Positions 40,669 to 50,841 of a stretch of 64,000 nt of DNA are shown piece after piece. Both the position numbers and the translations under genes were made by a program. Positions within the stretch are counted from its first letter, which is position 1. Each line of letters starts with the position of its first letter. The stretch is from an uncultured Flavobacteriaceae bacterium (GTDB lineage Bacteria; Bacteroidota; Bacteroidia; Flavobacteriales; Flavobacteriaceae). The notes beneath the pieces are model-generated. The model searched no databases. It was not told the origin of the DNA and saw nothing but the letters and a program-made list of their open reading frames with translations. Location of the stretch: contig CALSSO010000007.1 of NCBI GenBank assembly GCA_943789035.1, forward strand, positions 109,319 to 173,318. The letters run 5' to 3'.

Positions 40669-41119
40669 ATTTCAAAATCTGATCCGTATGTTCTTTCGTT
40701 TTAACTTTTAGGATGATGTCTTCAATGACTCCCGCTTCATCAATCACAAATGTAGTACGATGAATGCCATCATATTCTTTGCCCATGAATTTCTTAGGAC
40801 CCCAAACACCAAAGGCATTAATGACTGTTTTATCTTCATCCGCGAGTAATGGATAAGGAAATCCGTATTTTTCTTTAAAATTAGACTGGCGTTTAGCACT
40901 GTCTGCACTTACCCCCAAAATATCATATCCTTGGGCTGTAAAACGACTGTAATTATCACTTAAATTACAGGCTTCAACGGTGCATCCAGGAGTACTGGCT
41001 TTTGGATAGAAAAATAACACCAGTTTTTTTCCTTTGTAATCGGCTAAAGAAACGGCGTTTCCGGCCTCGTCTAAAGATTGAAAATTTGGAGCGGCATCGC
41101 CTATTTGTAATGTAGTCAT
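40667..41119 (-). CDS. bcp: Thioredoxin-dependent thiol peroxidase (Bcp/PrxQ)
   Basis: FYPKASTPGCTVEAC and RTTFVID motifs. Confidence 0.93.
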   Translation of the reverse strand: MTTLQIGDAAPNFQSLDEAGNAVSLADYKGKKLVLFFYPKASTPGCTVEACNLSDNYSRFTAQGYDILGVSADSAKRQSNFKEKYGFPYPLLADEDKTVINAFGVWGPKKFMGKEYDGIHRTTFVIDEAGVIEDIILKVKTKEHTDQILK

Positions 41120-41125
41120 AATTAG

Positions 41126-41151
41126 TATCTTTGATTAATACAACAAAGATA
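41126..41151. promoter_or_regulatory. Symmetric bidirectional promoter (bcp / nth)
   Basis: TATCTTTG-N10-CAAAGATA gives one perfect -7 element per strand in a 37-bp intergenic gap. Confidence 0.7.
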
Positions 41152-41156
41152 AACGA

Positions 41157-41804
41157 ATGACAAAAACTGAGAAGGTAAATTTTGTTATAAAAACCTTAAA
41201 AGATTTTTATCCTGAGATCCCTATCCCCCTAGATCATAAGGATCCGTACACCCTTTTAATTGCTGTATTGTTATCGGCACAATGTACAGATGTGCGTGTG
41301 AATCAAATTACTCCTCTTCTGTTTGCCAAGGCTGATAACCCTTATGACATGGTAAAAATGTCTGTAGAAGAAATCAAAGCCATCATACGGCCTTGTGGGT
41401 TGTCACCCATGAAGAGTAAAGGGATTCATGGACTGTCACAGATTCTGATAGACTCCCACAACGGACAGGTACCACAAAGTTTTAGTGCTTTAGAAGCCCT
41501 ACCTGCCGTAGGACATAAAACCGCTAGTGTAGTTATGGCACAGGCGTTTGGTGTGCCTGCATTTCCTGTGGATACACACATTCATCGCCTTATGTACCGC
41601 TGGAACTTGTCGAATGGTAAAAATGTGACACAAACTGAAAAAGATGCCAAACGCTTGTTTCCAAAAGAATTATGGAACGATTTGCACTTGCAAATCATTT
41701 GGTATGGCCGGGAGTACTCCCCTGCCCGTGGCTGGAATTTAGACGCAGACATCATTACCAAAACCATTGGACGAAAGTCTGTTATTGACCAGTATTATAA
41801 ATAG
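41157..41804 (+). CDS. nth: Endonuclease III (HhH-GPD), lacking the Fe-S cluster motif
   Basis: LLSAQCTD, LPAVGHKTA and VDTHIHR motifs; no C-terminal Cys4. Confidence 0.9.
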   Translation: MTKTEKVNFVIKTLKDFYPEIPIPLDHKDPYTLLIAVLLSAQCTDVRVNQITPLLFAKADNPYDMVKMSVEEIKAIIRPCGLSPMKSKGIHGLSQILIDSHNGQVPQSFSALEALPAVGHKTASVVMAQAFGVPAFPVDTHIHRLMYRWNLSNGKNVTQTEKDAKRLFPKELWNDLHLQIIWYGREYSPARGWNLDADIITKTIGRKSVIDQYYK

Positions 41805-41854
41805 AACCGTTAGCACACGTTTGTAACTATTGTATAGGTTTATAAAGCCGTATT

Positions 41855-41998
41855 CTAATTAATCAGAGATTCAAATTTATGTCCTTTATACACAGAAACA
41901 TTCAAGGCTTTTGAGTAATTCAAAAGAAAATTGATGGTTTCAGTTTTAGGCTTTAAGGTGTTGGAATCCGATGGATTTTCAGTGTAAAGTTTTGCCAT
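41855..41998 (-). CDS. Small protein (47 aa) missed by the ORF track
   Basis: MAKLYTENPSDSNTLKPKTETINFLLNYSKALNVSVYKGHKFESLIN*, downstream of the ECF sigma gene. Confidence 0.7.
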   Translation of the reverse strand: MAKLYTENPSDSNTLKPKTETINFLLNYSKALNVSVYKGHKFESLIN

Positions 41999-42063
41999 TA
42001 GCCTGTCATTGTTAGTTAGTTACTACTACAACGACAAAACATCTAATTTATTTCATCTGGCCA

Positions 42064-42648
42064 TTAATTTGTCAAAACAATATTGTGTTTTTCAATTAAT
42101 TTACGAAGATTAATCAGGGCATACCGCATCCGTCCCAAAGCCGTATTGATACTCACCCCCGTATTTTCAGAAATTTCCTTGAAACTCATATCGTTATACA
42201 TACGCATCACGAGCACCGATTTTTGTTCTTCTGGTAACTCTTCTACCATCGCTCTAACATCATGAACAATTTGAGATTTCACCAATTCTCCTTCCGCATT
42301 CAGGGCACCATCACTCAGCACCGAAAAGATGTCAAAATCGCCGCTGTTATTAAATTTAGGCATGCGGTTATTTTTTCTGAAATGATCGATCACTAAGTTG
42401 TGAGCAATTCGCATCACCCAAGGTAAAAACTTACCTTCTTCATTGTAATTGCCACGTTTGAGGGTTCGTATGACTTTTATAAAGGTATCTTGAAATACAT
42501 CTTCAGTCACATCACGGTCATAAACCTTAGAATATATAAAACTATACAACCGTTGTTGATGGCGTTTTATGAGAATTGATAGTGAGGGTTCATCACCTTG
42601 AATGTATTGACTTACGAGAGTAGCATCGCTAATAGATTGAGAATTCAT
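42064..42648 (-). CDS. ECF RNA polymerase sigma factor
   Basis: EDVFQDTFIKV, FLPWVMRIAHN and SFKEISENTGVSINTALGRMRYA motifs. Confidence 0.93.
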   Translation of the reverse strand: MNSQSISDATLVSQYIQGDEPSLSILIKRHQQRLYSFIYSKVYDRDVTEDVFQDTFIKVIRTLKRGNYNEEGKFLPWVMRIAHNLVIDHFRKNNRMPKFNNSGDFDIFSVLSDGALNAEGELVKSQIVHDVRAMVEELPEEQKSVLVMRMYNDMSFKEISENTGVSINTALGRMRYALINLRKLIEKHNIVLTN

Positions 42649-42866
42649 AACATTACTTTTAGAAGTACATTTAAAATGTACTTGGTTAAAAAATATAAAA
42701 AGTAATATTATTCTATAAGCGTTTATTTATTAGTTTGAAAATCAAAATAACAACAATCTAAGTAATTTTACAAATTTATTTTAGTTTTTATCCTTAAGAA
42801 GACCCAAGACCGCTATAATGTTTTTTATATTAATGGTATCTTTGCAATCAAATTTTAACGTACTAA

Positions 42867-45657
42867 ATGCCACAAGACCTTTCAAAATTAAGTCCAAAAG
42901 AGCACATTCTAATTAAGGGTGCAAAATTGCACAATCTAAAGGATATAGATGTTGCAATTCCACGCCACAAATTGGTAGTGATTACTGGACTTTCTGGTTC
43001 TGGAAAATCGAGTTTGGCATTTGATACCTTGTATGCCGAAGGACAACGGCGGTATGTAGAAAGTTTGTCGAGTTATGCCCGACAATTTTTGGGGCGTCTC
43101 CACAAACCAAACGTCGATTATATAAAAGGCATTGCACCTGCCATTGCTATTGAACAAAAGGTCAATTCCACCAACCCGCGATCTACAGTTGGAACCACCA
43201 CCGAAATTTATGATTATTTAAAATTACTTTTTGCGCGTATCGGAAAAACCTACTCTCCAACTTCCAACAATGTCGTGCGAAAAGATACCACCAGCGATGT
43301 CATTAATTACATTAAAACACTCAAAACAGGCGATAAATTGCTCCTCCTTGCTCCCATCCATTTGGAAGAAGGTCGAACGATGGAAAATAAACTTCAAGCG
43401 CTTCAACACCAAGGATTCGCACGAATTAAGGTTGGAGATGCTGTGGAACGTATTGAACAAATTGAAAATTTTAAAAAACTGCCCACAACACTCCATCTGG
43501 TGGTTGATCGTATTATTCTTAAAGACGATGACGATTTTTATAACCGTTTGGCAGATGCAATTGAAATGGCGTTTTTTGAAGGAAAAGGACGCTGTATAAT
43601 TGAAAAATTAGAAAATTCTAAAACACGTGAATTTAGCAATTCATTTGAACTTGAGGGTCAAAAATTTTTAGAACCCAGTACGCATCTCTTCAGCTTTAAC
43701 AATCCATACGGTGCCTGTCCCAAATGCGAAGGCTATGGTGACATCATTGGTATCGATGCAAGTCTAGTCGTTCCAAACACCTCTCTTTCGATTTATGAGA
43801 ATGCCGTGTTTCCTTGGCGTGGTGAAAGCATGAAATATTACAGAGATCAACTCGTGAATAACAGTCATAAATTTGACTTTCCAATTCATAAACCTTACTT
43901 TGAATTGGAAGCCAAACACCAACAGTTATTATGGGATGGAAACTCTCATTTTACAGGACTCAATGCCTTTTTTGAAGAATTGGAATCCAAAGCCTATAAA
44001 GTTCAAAACCGTGTAATGCTATCGCGCTATCGCGGAAAGACAAAATGCGGAAGTTGTCAGGGGAAACGCTTGCGAGAAGAAGCTAATTTTGTGAAAGTTG
44101 GTGGCGCTTCAATTACGGATTTGGTTGAATTATCCCTCAAAGATTTAAGAGCATTTTTCAAATCCTTAAAACTGGATGCGAAAGAACTAGAAATTGCCAA
44201 ACGTCTTCTCAAAGAAATTAATAACCGCCTTGAATTTTTAGCCAATGTTGGATTGGACTATTTGACCTTAAATAGAAGGTCAAACACCCTGTCTGGGGGC
44301 GAAAGTCAACGCATCAACCTGGCAACCTCACTCGGAAGCAGCCTTGTGGGGTCTATGTATATTTTGGATGAACCAAGTATTGGACTCCATTCTAAAGATA
44401 CCGAACGCCTTATCAATGTATTGAATGCATTGCGAGATTTAGGAAATACGGTGATTGTAGTGGAACACGATGAAGGCATTATGGCTGCTGCCGATTATAT
44501 CATCGATATTGGTCCCGAAGCAGGAACTTTTGGTGGTGAAGTCATGGCGAGTGGGAGTTATAAAACACTTTTAAAAAGCAATACTTTGACGGCACAATAT
44601 CTCAATGGATCTCTAGAAATCGAAGTTCCCAAAAAACGGAGAACGTCAAAATATAGTGTAACCATCAAAGGAGCTCGAGAACATAATTTAAAAAATATCG
44701 ATGTCACAATTCCGTTAAACATGCTCACAGTTGTGACCGGTGTTTCTGGAAGTGGAAAAAGTACGCTTGTCAGACAAATTGTATTTCCAGCCTTGCTTAA
44801 ATCCATTGGAGGATATGGCGAAAAAGCAGGTGAATTCACAAGTATAGAAGGCAATTTTAGTACCGTTAAATTCATTGAATTTGTAGATCAAAACCCAATT
44901 GGACGTTCTTCACGTTCCAATCCTGTGACCTATATCAAAGCCTATGACGATATTCGGGCGTTGTTCGCCAAACAAAAGTTAAGCCTTTTAAGAAATTACC
45001 AACCCAAACATTTTTCATTTAATGTTGACGGAGGACGTTGTGAGACTTGTAAAGGAGAAGGAACAGTCACTATTGAAATGCAATTCATGGCAGACGTCCA
45101 ATTGCTTTGTGATGCTTGTGATGGAAAACGCTTTAAAAAACAAGTGTTAGAAATTAAGTTTCATAACAAAACAATTGATGACGTTTTAAATATGACTATT
45201 GATGATGCAATCGCTTTTTTTGAAACACATAAAGTGACTAAAATCAAAACAAAACTCCAACCACTTCAAGATGTTGGTCTGGGGTATGTGACACTTGGGC
45301 AAAGCTCTTCAACCCTTTCGGGTGGTGAAGCACAACGTATAAAGCTAGCCTCCTTTTTAGGGAAAGGATCGAAAGCAGAAACAGGTTTGTTTATTTTTGA
45401 TGAACCAACAACCGGACTGCATTTTCATGACATTAAAAAACTACTCAAATCCTTCAATGCACTGATAGACAAAGGGCATTCTGTATTGGTGGTCGAACAC
45501 AATTTAGACCTAATCAAATGTGCCGATCATGTGATTGATTTAGGTCCTGAAGGCGGTGCAAACGGAGGGAAATTATTAGCAGAAGGGACTCCTGAGTTTG
45601 TTGCCAAATCAAAAAAAATCTTCTACTGCTGAGTTTCTTAAAAGTAAATTGACTTAA
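42867..45657 (+). CDS. uvrA: Excinuclease ABC subunit A; probable homopolymer frameshift near the 3' end
   Basis: GLSGSGKS, LSGGESQR, zinc-finger cysteines and GVSGSGKS. The ORF stops at 45632, but removing one A from A8 (45611-45618) gives KSSTAEFLKSKLT* ending at 45657. Confidence 0.93.
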
Positions 45658-45710
45658 TTTTTAAGTTTAACTAGCTTACTTTCAATTAATTAAAAATCAG
45701 CTCCAATTCT

Positions 45711-45725
45711 TGGCATACTGTTTGG
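45711..45725 (+). promoter_or_regulatory. Candidate sigma54 (-24/-12) promoter
   Basis: TGGCAT-ACTGT-TTGG versus consensus TGGCAC-N5-TTGC, 37 nt before the ATG. Confidence 0.4.
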
Positions 45726-45762
45726 TAATACAGAGTTATATTAACTTTTAAAACGCTGTATT

Positions 45763-46674
45763 ATGAAAAAATTATTTTTAACACTCGTTACTTTAACCTT
45801 TTTTGGAACCCTAGCAGCCTCTACAGTTCCAAATCATTTGAGAACTAATAATTCTTTCGTATTTAATGAACAAGGAATTGAATTTGCCATTTTTCACGAT
45901 GGACAATTTGATTTTAATGTATTAAGACAGCGTCAAAATTTTGTTCAATTTTCAAATCATAATGGACTAAATATCAGCTTTAATACAGGCTATGATTACA
46001 GTGCTTACATTCAGTATGACAACTATGGGGCGGTAATTCAAATTGAAAACACCCCTATTTATTATGATTATTACGGACGAATCAGTCAAGCAGGAAGTGT
46101 ACGTATAAATTATGACCACAGAGGTCGTGTATCTTGGATTGGCAACATGCAAATTCACTACAATCGCTATAACAACTCACACTGTATTGGTTATGTGAAT
46201 CGCATCAACCGTTATTATACGCCTAGCGTTTGGTATTCTTATTACAGTGTTCCAAACATTCAGTATTCTGTAGTTTTCAATACTCCTTACAGAAGACATT
46301 ATACACCTGTAAGATATTATTACGAAAGACCGTACAGAAACAACCGCCGTCCAATTGTATATAGAAATCGACGGGGTCCAAATAGGGTAGCTAGCACCCG
46401 ATCGAACCATAGTGACCGCTATAGAACCAGAGGCGAAACAAGAAGAACAGTAAACAACACTTCACGCTCTGAGAACCGCCAAACATCACGATCGACTACG
46501 CGGTCAACAACAAACCGATCTAATAATAGAGTTGCAAGTTCTAACCAGAGAGTGCGAACAAATACGCCAAATGTGGTAAAAAGCAACAAAGTGGTAACAA
46601 AAAATTCAAGAGCAATTGCACAAAGAACACCAAGAACAAGTGCTAAGAAAACGTCTATACAACGAAGAAGATAA
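45763..46674 (+). CDS. Secreted hypothetical protein with Tyr-rich core and Arg/Asn/Ser-rich basic tail
   Basis: Signal peptide; GIEFAIFHDGQFDFN; YDxYG repeats; low-complexity C-terminus. Confidence 0.8.
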   Translation: MKKLFLTLVTLTFFGTLAASTVPNHLRTNNSFVFNEQGIEFAIFHDGQFDFNVLRQRQNFVQFSNHNGLNISFNTGYDYSAYIQYDNYGAVIQIENTPIYYDYYGRISQAGSVRINYDHRGRVSWIGNMQIHYNRYNNSHCIGYVNRINRYYTPSVWYSYYSVPNIQYSVVFNTPYRRHYTPVRYYYERPYRNNRRPIVYRNRRGPNRVASTRSNHSDRYRTRGETRRTVNNTSRSENRQTSRSTTRSTTNRSNNRVASSNQRVRTNTPNVVKSNKVVTKNSRAIAQRTPRTSAKKTSIQRRR

Positions 46675-46689
46675 TAGTTTAGTTAGTTG

Positions 46690-46732
46690 AAAACTCCGTA
46701 GCTGAATATCCCATATCATTACGGAGTTTTTT
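46690..46732. terminator. Bidirectional terminator
   Basis: AAAACTCCGTA...TACGGAGTTTTTT. Confidence 0.75.
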
Positions 46733-46736
46733 ATGT

Positions 46737-48017
46737 TTAATTCCGAAGTTTCTGAGCCAATTGTTGAGTCAACGATTTACGACTGTAAGCCTCTAATCCT
46801 TTTGAATCTACTTTTAATTGTTGAGTTTTATACGCTTCAAAATGCTGCAATAAAAGTGTGCGGAGTGCTGCTGCTTCGTCATATCTAAAATAAGTCCCAG
46901 ACCGTGTTTGATTTAAAATGGTCTCAATGTCAGAAGTCTTTGGCCCAATAGCGATTATAGGACGTTTAGAACCCATGTATTCAAATAATTTTCCGGGAAT
47001 AATGTATTCCGTTTCCTTAGAATCTTCTTCAATAAGCAATAACAGTTGCGTTTTTTTCTGATAGTCTAAAACAGCGTTGTGAGGAATATATCCAATGGTA
47101 AAAATATAGCTCTCCAACCCATAACTTTGAATCGTTTCTAATACCTCTGTACTAAGAGAACCAATAAGGTTTAGCTGAAACGCCGCCGCAAAATCTACGG
47201 ATTCTTTTATTAAGTCTGATAACACCTTCCATAAAACAAAAGGATTTCGTCCTTCGAGTAAGGATCCAATATGGGATAAGGTGAACTTAGAATCTAAGGA
47301 ACTGTCGTCTGTGATTTGAAAATCAAACCCATTCGTGAGAACCGTTATTGGTTGGGTTGTTAACTCTAAAAATAGTGTTTTTGTTTTTGGACTTGTTACC
47401 AGTAATTCATCTGCATTTTGAAGCACAACAGCTTCTAAGTTTTTATGTTTTTTTTGTGCAAAAGAACGAAGTTTTAATTTTTTATGATATCCTATATGAG
47501 TCCAAGGATCTCTAAAATCAGCCACCCATTTAAGAGCATGTTTTTGTTTTAACTGCAAACCGATCAAATGTAAACTATGGGGTGGTCCGGTGGTGACAAT
47601 GGTATCAATTTGCTGGGATTTAATGTATTCCGACAAAAAAGAAACCGAAGGGCGTACCCAGGAAATACGTGCATCTGGAATGAAAAAATTACCTCTGATA
47701 AAAAGGAGTGCTTTTTCTATAAAAGATTGTTTTTTGGGATTTGAAATGAGTCCTTTAGACAAATCCGATGTTTTGGACTTCGAAAAAAAATGTGCCCATT
47801 TATAAGGTTCGCTTATCGGAGTTTTTAAAACTGTTAAATCAGAACGCAGCTCCGATACCAATGAAGTATCTGTAAGGGGATAATTGGGTGCATCAGGACA
47901 ATACACAATGGGTTCTATGTCAAAATCGGGTAAGTATTTTACGAACTTCAACCAACGTTGAACACCCGGCCCACCAGCAGGCGGCCAATAATACGTAATG
48001 ATGAGTACCTTTTTCAC
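46737..48017 (-). CDS. GT4 glycosyltransferase
   Basis: YYWPPAGGPGVQR, DFRDPW and PGKLFEY motifs. Confidence 0.9.
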   Translation of the reverse strand: MKKVLIITYYWPPAGGPGVQRWLKFVKYLPDFDIEPIVYCPDAPNYPLTDTSLVSELRSDLTVLKTPISEPYKWAHFFSKSKTSDLSKGLISNPKKQSFIEKALLFIRGNFFIPDARISWVRPSVSFLSEYIKSQQIDTIVTTGPPHSLHLIGLQLKQKHALKWVADFRDPWTHIGYHKKLKLRSFAQKKHKNLEAVVLQNADELLVTSPKTKTLFLELTTQPITVLTNGFDFQITDDSSLDSKFTLSHIGSLLEGRNPFVLWKVLSDLIKESVDFAAAFQLNLIGSLSTEVLETIQSYGLESYIFTIGYIPHNAVLDYQKKTQLLLLIEEDSKETEYIIPGKLFEYMGSKRPIIAIGPKTSDIETILNQTRSGTYFRYDEAAALRTLLLQHFEAYKTQQLKVDSKGLEAYSRKSLTQQLAQKLRN

Positions 48018-50422
48018 GATGGTTTTCTATAAATTAGAATTCCTTGACCTAAAATTAGCAATACCAATAAAATACTACTAACTAAACTAATATTTGAACC
48101 TGTTGTCACAACGGAGGGGTTAAACTTAAATACTACGGTATGCGTCCCTTTAGGAATTTCTAAGCCACGAAGGATATAGTTTACGTTGTAATGTTTTACT
48201 TCTACACCATCAATAGTGGCGTTCCAACCATTCTTATAGTAAACCTCCGAAAATACTGCAAAGCCATCTTCAGTGGTCTTGGTTTCATAAACCAAATGAT
48301 TGAGTTTATAATCAACTAATTGAATTGAAGCCATGGAATCTTTCACAAAACGTTTGGATTTCAAATCTGAAGCATTGGCTATTGCTGTTGTTTTTGTATT
48401 TATTTTATCCAACGCTAAAATTTCTTCATCTGGCGTTTCAAATGATTCAATTGCATCTACAAACCAAGCATTTCCATTGGTATTTTCATTTTCAAAATAC
48501 AGGACTTCACCTTCTTTATTTTGATAAATAATATACTTGGTATTGAGCATATTCAGAACTTCAAAGTTAGTTTTGTCGATATGAAATTCTTGTACCGCTT
48601 TAAAACGACGCAATTTTGCAGCATGATATCCTTCTATTGAGTTGTGAAAATAAGACGATTTAGTAGAATTATCAGACCTATCAAGAACTCTAAAATTTGT
48701 GGTGTCTTTTAATAATTCTTTATCAATTGTACTTGCCTGATACGGACGATCTACTTTTAGTGCTGAAACAAAATTGTCATTATTCACATAACGACGGTCC
48801 ACCCCTACCAGATCCAAAATAAGAAGGAGTCCCAAAATAACGATTGTAGTGTTTTGAGTAATTTTTTGTTTGAGATAGATAAAAATCAATCCTCCAACTG
48901 CTAAGACCAATAACAAAGTTCGCAATGCATCTTCTGTAAAAATAGCACTGCGATCTAACCTTAAAGCTTCTACAAAAGAAGCTCCATAATATTCTTTAAA
49001 TTGTCCATCACTGCTTCCAACAAAATCAAATAAGCTGTTTTTGAAAATTAAAAATACTACTGTTAATCCTGCAACAATTCCCAATGACTTTTTTAAGGCC
49101 TCTAATTTCGTTTTTGAGCTTCGATCTTTATGAAATAATTGCGCCAATCCTAAGGCAGCTAACAAAGGGATACACAGTTCTAAAAGGACTTGAATGGAAC
49201 TCACTGCTCTAAACTTATTATAGAGTGGTACATAGTCAATAAAAAAATCAGTGAGAAACGATAGGTTTTTTCCATAGGATAATAACAAAGACATCAAAAC
49301 ACCAGCAATTAACCACCATTTGAAACGGCCTTGGTATAGAAACAATGCCAACACAAAAAGAAAAATCACAACGGCTCCAATGTAAGCGGGTGCTTCCACA
49401 ATAGGTTGATCGCCCCAATACATGGGTGCTTGTTTAGATTCCTGAAGTGCTTGTATAGGCGTTGCTCCCAAAGCTCTGAAAGCCTTGTAGGTCTCCGAAT
49501 CTTTTCCAATATCTTCTCTATTTCCTCCGCCCATAAATCGAGGAATGAACAGATTAAATGTTTCTAATTTACCATAACTAAATTGCGTGATATAGTCCTT
49601 ATCCAATCCTGTTGTTTGCTCTTTAGGACTGCCATCGGGGTTGATTGTCAATTCACTCTTTCCGCGGGTGCTTTCTTTGGCGTATTCGCTAGTGGCCATC
49701 AAATTAGTGGCATTCATAGAAAACGCAAAAACAGCGGCTATAAACAGAACAGCAGTAGCTTTAAAAAATGCGGGAAGTTCTTTTGATTTGATTGCATGTA
49801 CTAAATATGTAATCCCTAAAATTATAATTAAAAACCCTAAATAGTAAGTCATTTGTGGGTGGTTGGTCACAAGTTCTAAACCAGACGCTAGTGCCGTGAT
49901 TATAAACCCTAAATAATAGCGTTTTTGGAAGGTCAAAATAATTCCAGATAATACTAGCGGCATATAGGCAATTGCATGGGCTTTGGCATTATGTCCTACT
50001 CCTAGAATGATAATCAAATAGGTAGAAAACCCGAACGAGAGGGCTCCCAAAATAGCAATTTTATAATCGATTTTTAAAACTAGTAATAAGATGTAGAATC
50101 CTAAAAAGTATAAGAAGAGATAATCGGCTGGACGGGGTAAAAAACGAAGTGCTAAGTCCAGTTTCTTAATATAATTGTGAGGGTATTTAGCACCGAGTTG
50201 ATAGGTTGGCATGCCCCCAAAGGCACTGTTGGTCCAATAGGATTCGGCGTCATAAGCGTTTCGAAAGTCGATGTGCTGTTTGGCCATTCCTGTGTATTGG
50301 ACAATATCACTTTGATAGATTTTTTTTCCTTTTAGAACGGGATTGAAATATAAAACAGCCACAAGAGCAAACCCTAAAATCACTAAAAAATGGGTGCCAA
50401 TTTGTTTTAAACTCAGGTTCAT
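48014..50422 (-). CDS. YfhO-family polytopic membrane protein (GT-C-like)
   Basis: QSDIVQ, WTNSAFGGMP, many TMs, C-terminal SEVYY.NGW...G.H domain. Confidence 0.85.
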   Translation of the reverse strand: MNLSLKQIGTHFLVILGFALVAVLYFNPVLKGKKIYQSDIVQYTGMAKQHIDFRNAYDAESYWTNSAFGGMPTYQLGAKYPHNYIKKLDLALRFLPRPADYLFLYFLGFYILLLVLKIDYKIAILGALSFGFSTYLIIILGVGHNAKAHAIAYMPLVLSGIILTFQKRYYLGFIITALASGLELVTNHPQMTYYLGFLIIILGITYLVHAIKSKELPAFFKATAVLFIAAVFAFSMNATNLMATSEYAKESTRGKSELTINPDGSPKEQTTGLDKDYITQFSYGKLETFNLFIPRFMGGGNREDIGKDSETYKAFRALGATPIQALQESKQAPMYWGDQPIVEAPAYIGAVVIFLFVLALFLYQGRFKWWLIAGVLMSLLLSYGKNLSFLTDFFIDYVPLYNKFRAVSSIQVLLELCIPLLAALGLAQLFHKDRSSKTKLEALKKSLGIVAGLTVVFLIFKNSLFDFVGSSDGQFKEYYGASFVEALRLDRSAIFTEDALRTLLLVLAVGGLIFIYLKQKITQNTTIVILGLLLILDLVGVDRRYVNNDNFVSALKVDRPYQASTIDKELLKDTTNFRVLDRSDNSTKSSYFHNSIEGYHAAKLRRFKAVQEFHIDKTNFEVLNMLNTKYIIYQNKEGEVLYFENENTNGNAWFVDAIESFETPDEEILALDKINTKTTAIANASDLKSKRFVKDSMASIQLVDYKLNHLVYETKTTEDGFAVFSEVYYKNGWNATIDGVEVKHYNVNYILRGLEIPKGTHTVVFKFNPSVVTTGSNISLVSSILLVLLILGQGILIYRKPS

Positions 50423-50434
50423 ATGGACTGTTAT

Positions 50435-50701
50435 TTATTCAATTTCTTCATAATCGACATATTCTCCAACATTGTTATTTGAAGATTTAGAATTTGGCAT
50501 TTTATCAATACTAATCTCTCCTTCCTTTTGGGTTGGTGGTTTTGGAGCCGATTGATTTCTAAAATGGGATTCTGCTTTTTTTGCAATCGACTTCACTATA
50601 AATGGTGCCAATAGGCGCATCAGATATTTGAAAATGGTATAAACCAAAACAAAAATGAGGAGTGTTTTTAGCAATCCAATAAAAGACGCAGTTTGTAACA
50701 T
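50435..50701 (-). CDS. DUF4834 small membrane protein
   Basis: Single TM; C-terminal GEYVDYEEIE. Confidence 0.8.
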   Translation of the reverse strand: MLQTASFIGLLKTLLIFVLVYTIFKYLMRLLAPFIVKSIAKKAESHFRNQSAPKPPTQKEGEISIDKMPNSKSSNNNVGEYVDYEEIE

Positions 50702-50841
50702 CGGTAGATTATTTTTTCAAAAATACAATTCTTATTTATATTATATAAATTATTATATAAAATGATTACACACAAGAAAAAAGAGTACAATTAATTAAAA
50801 GTATAAAAAAAAATATGTAGGTTTGGTAAAAGTCTATTTAA

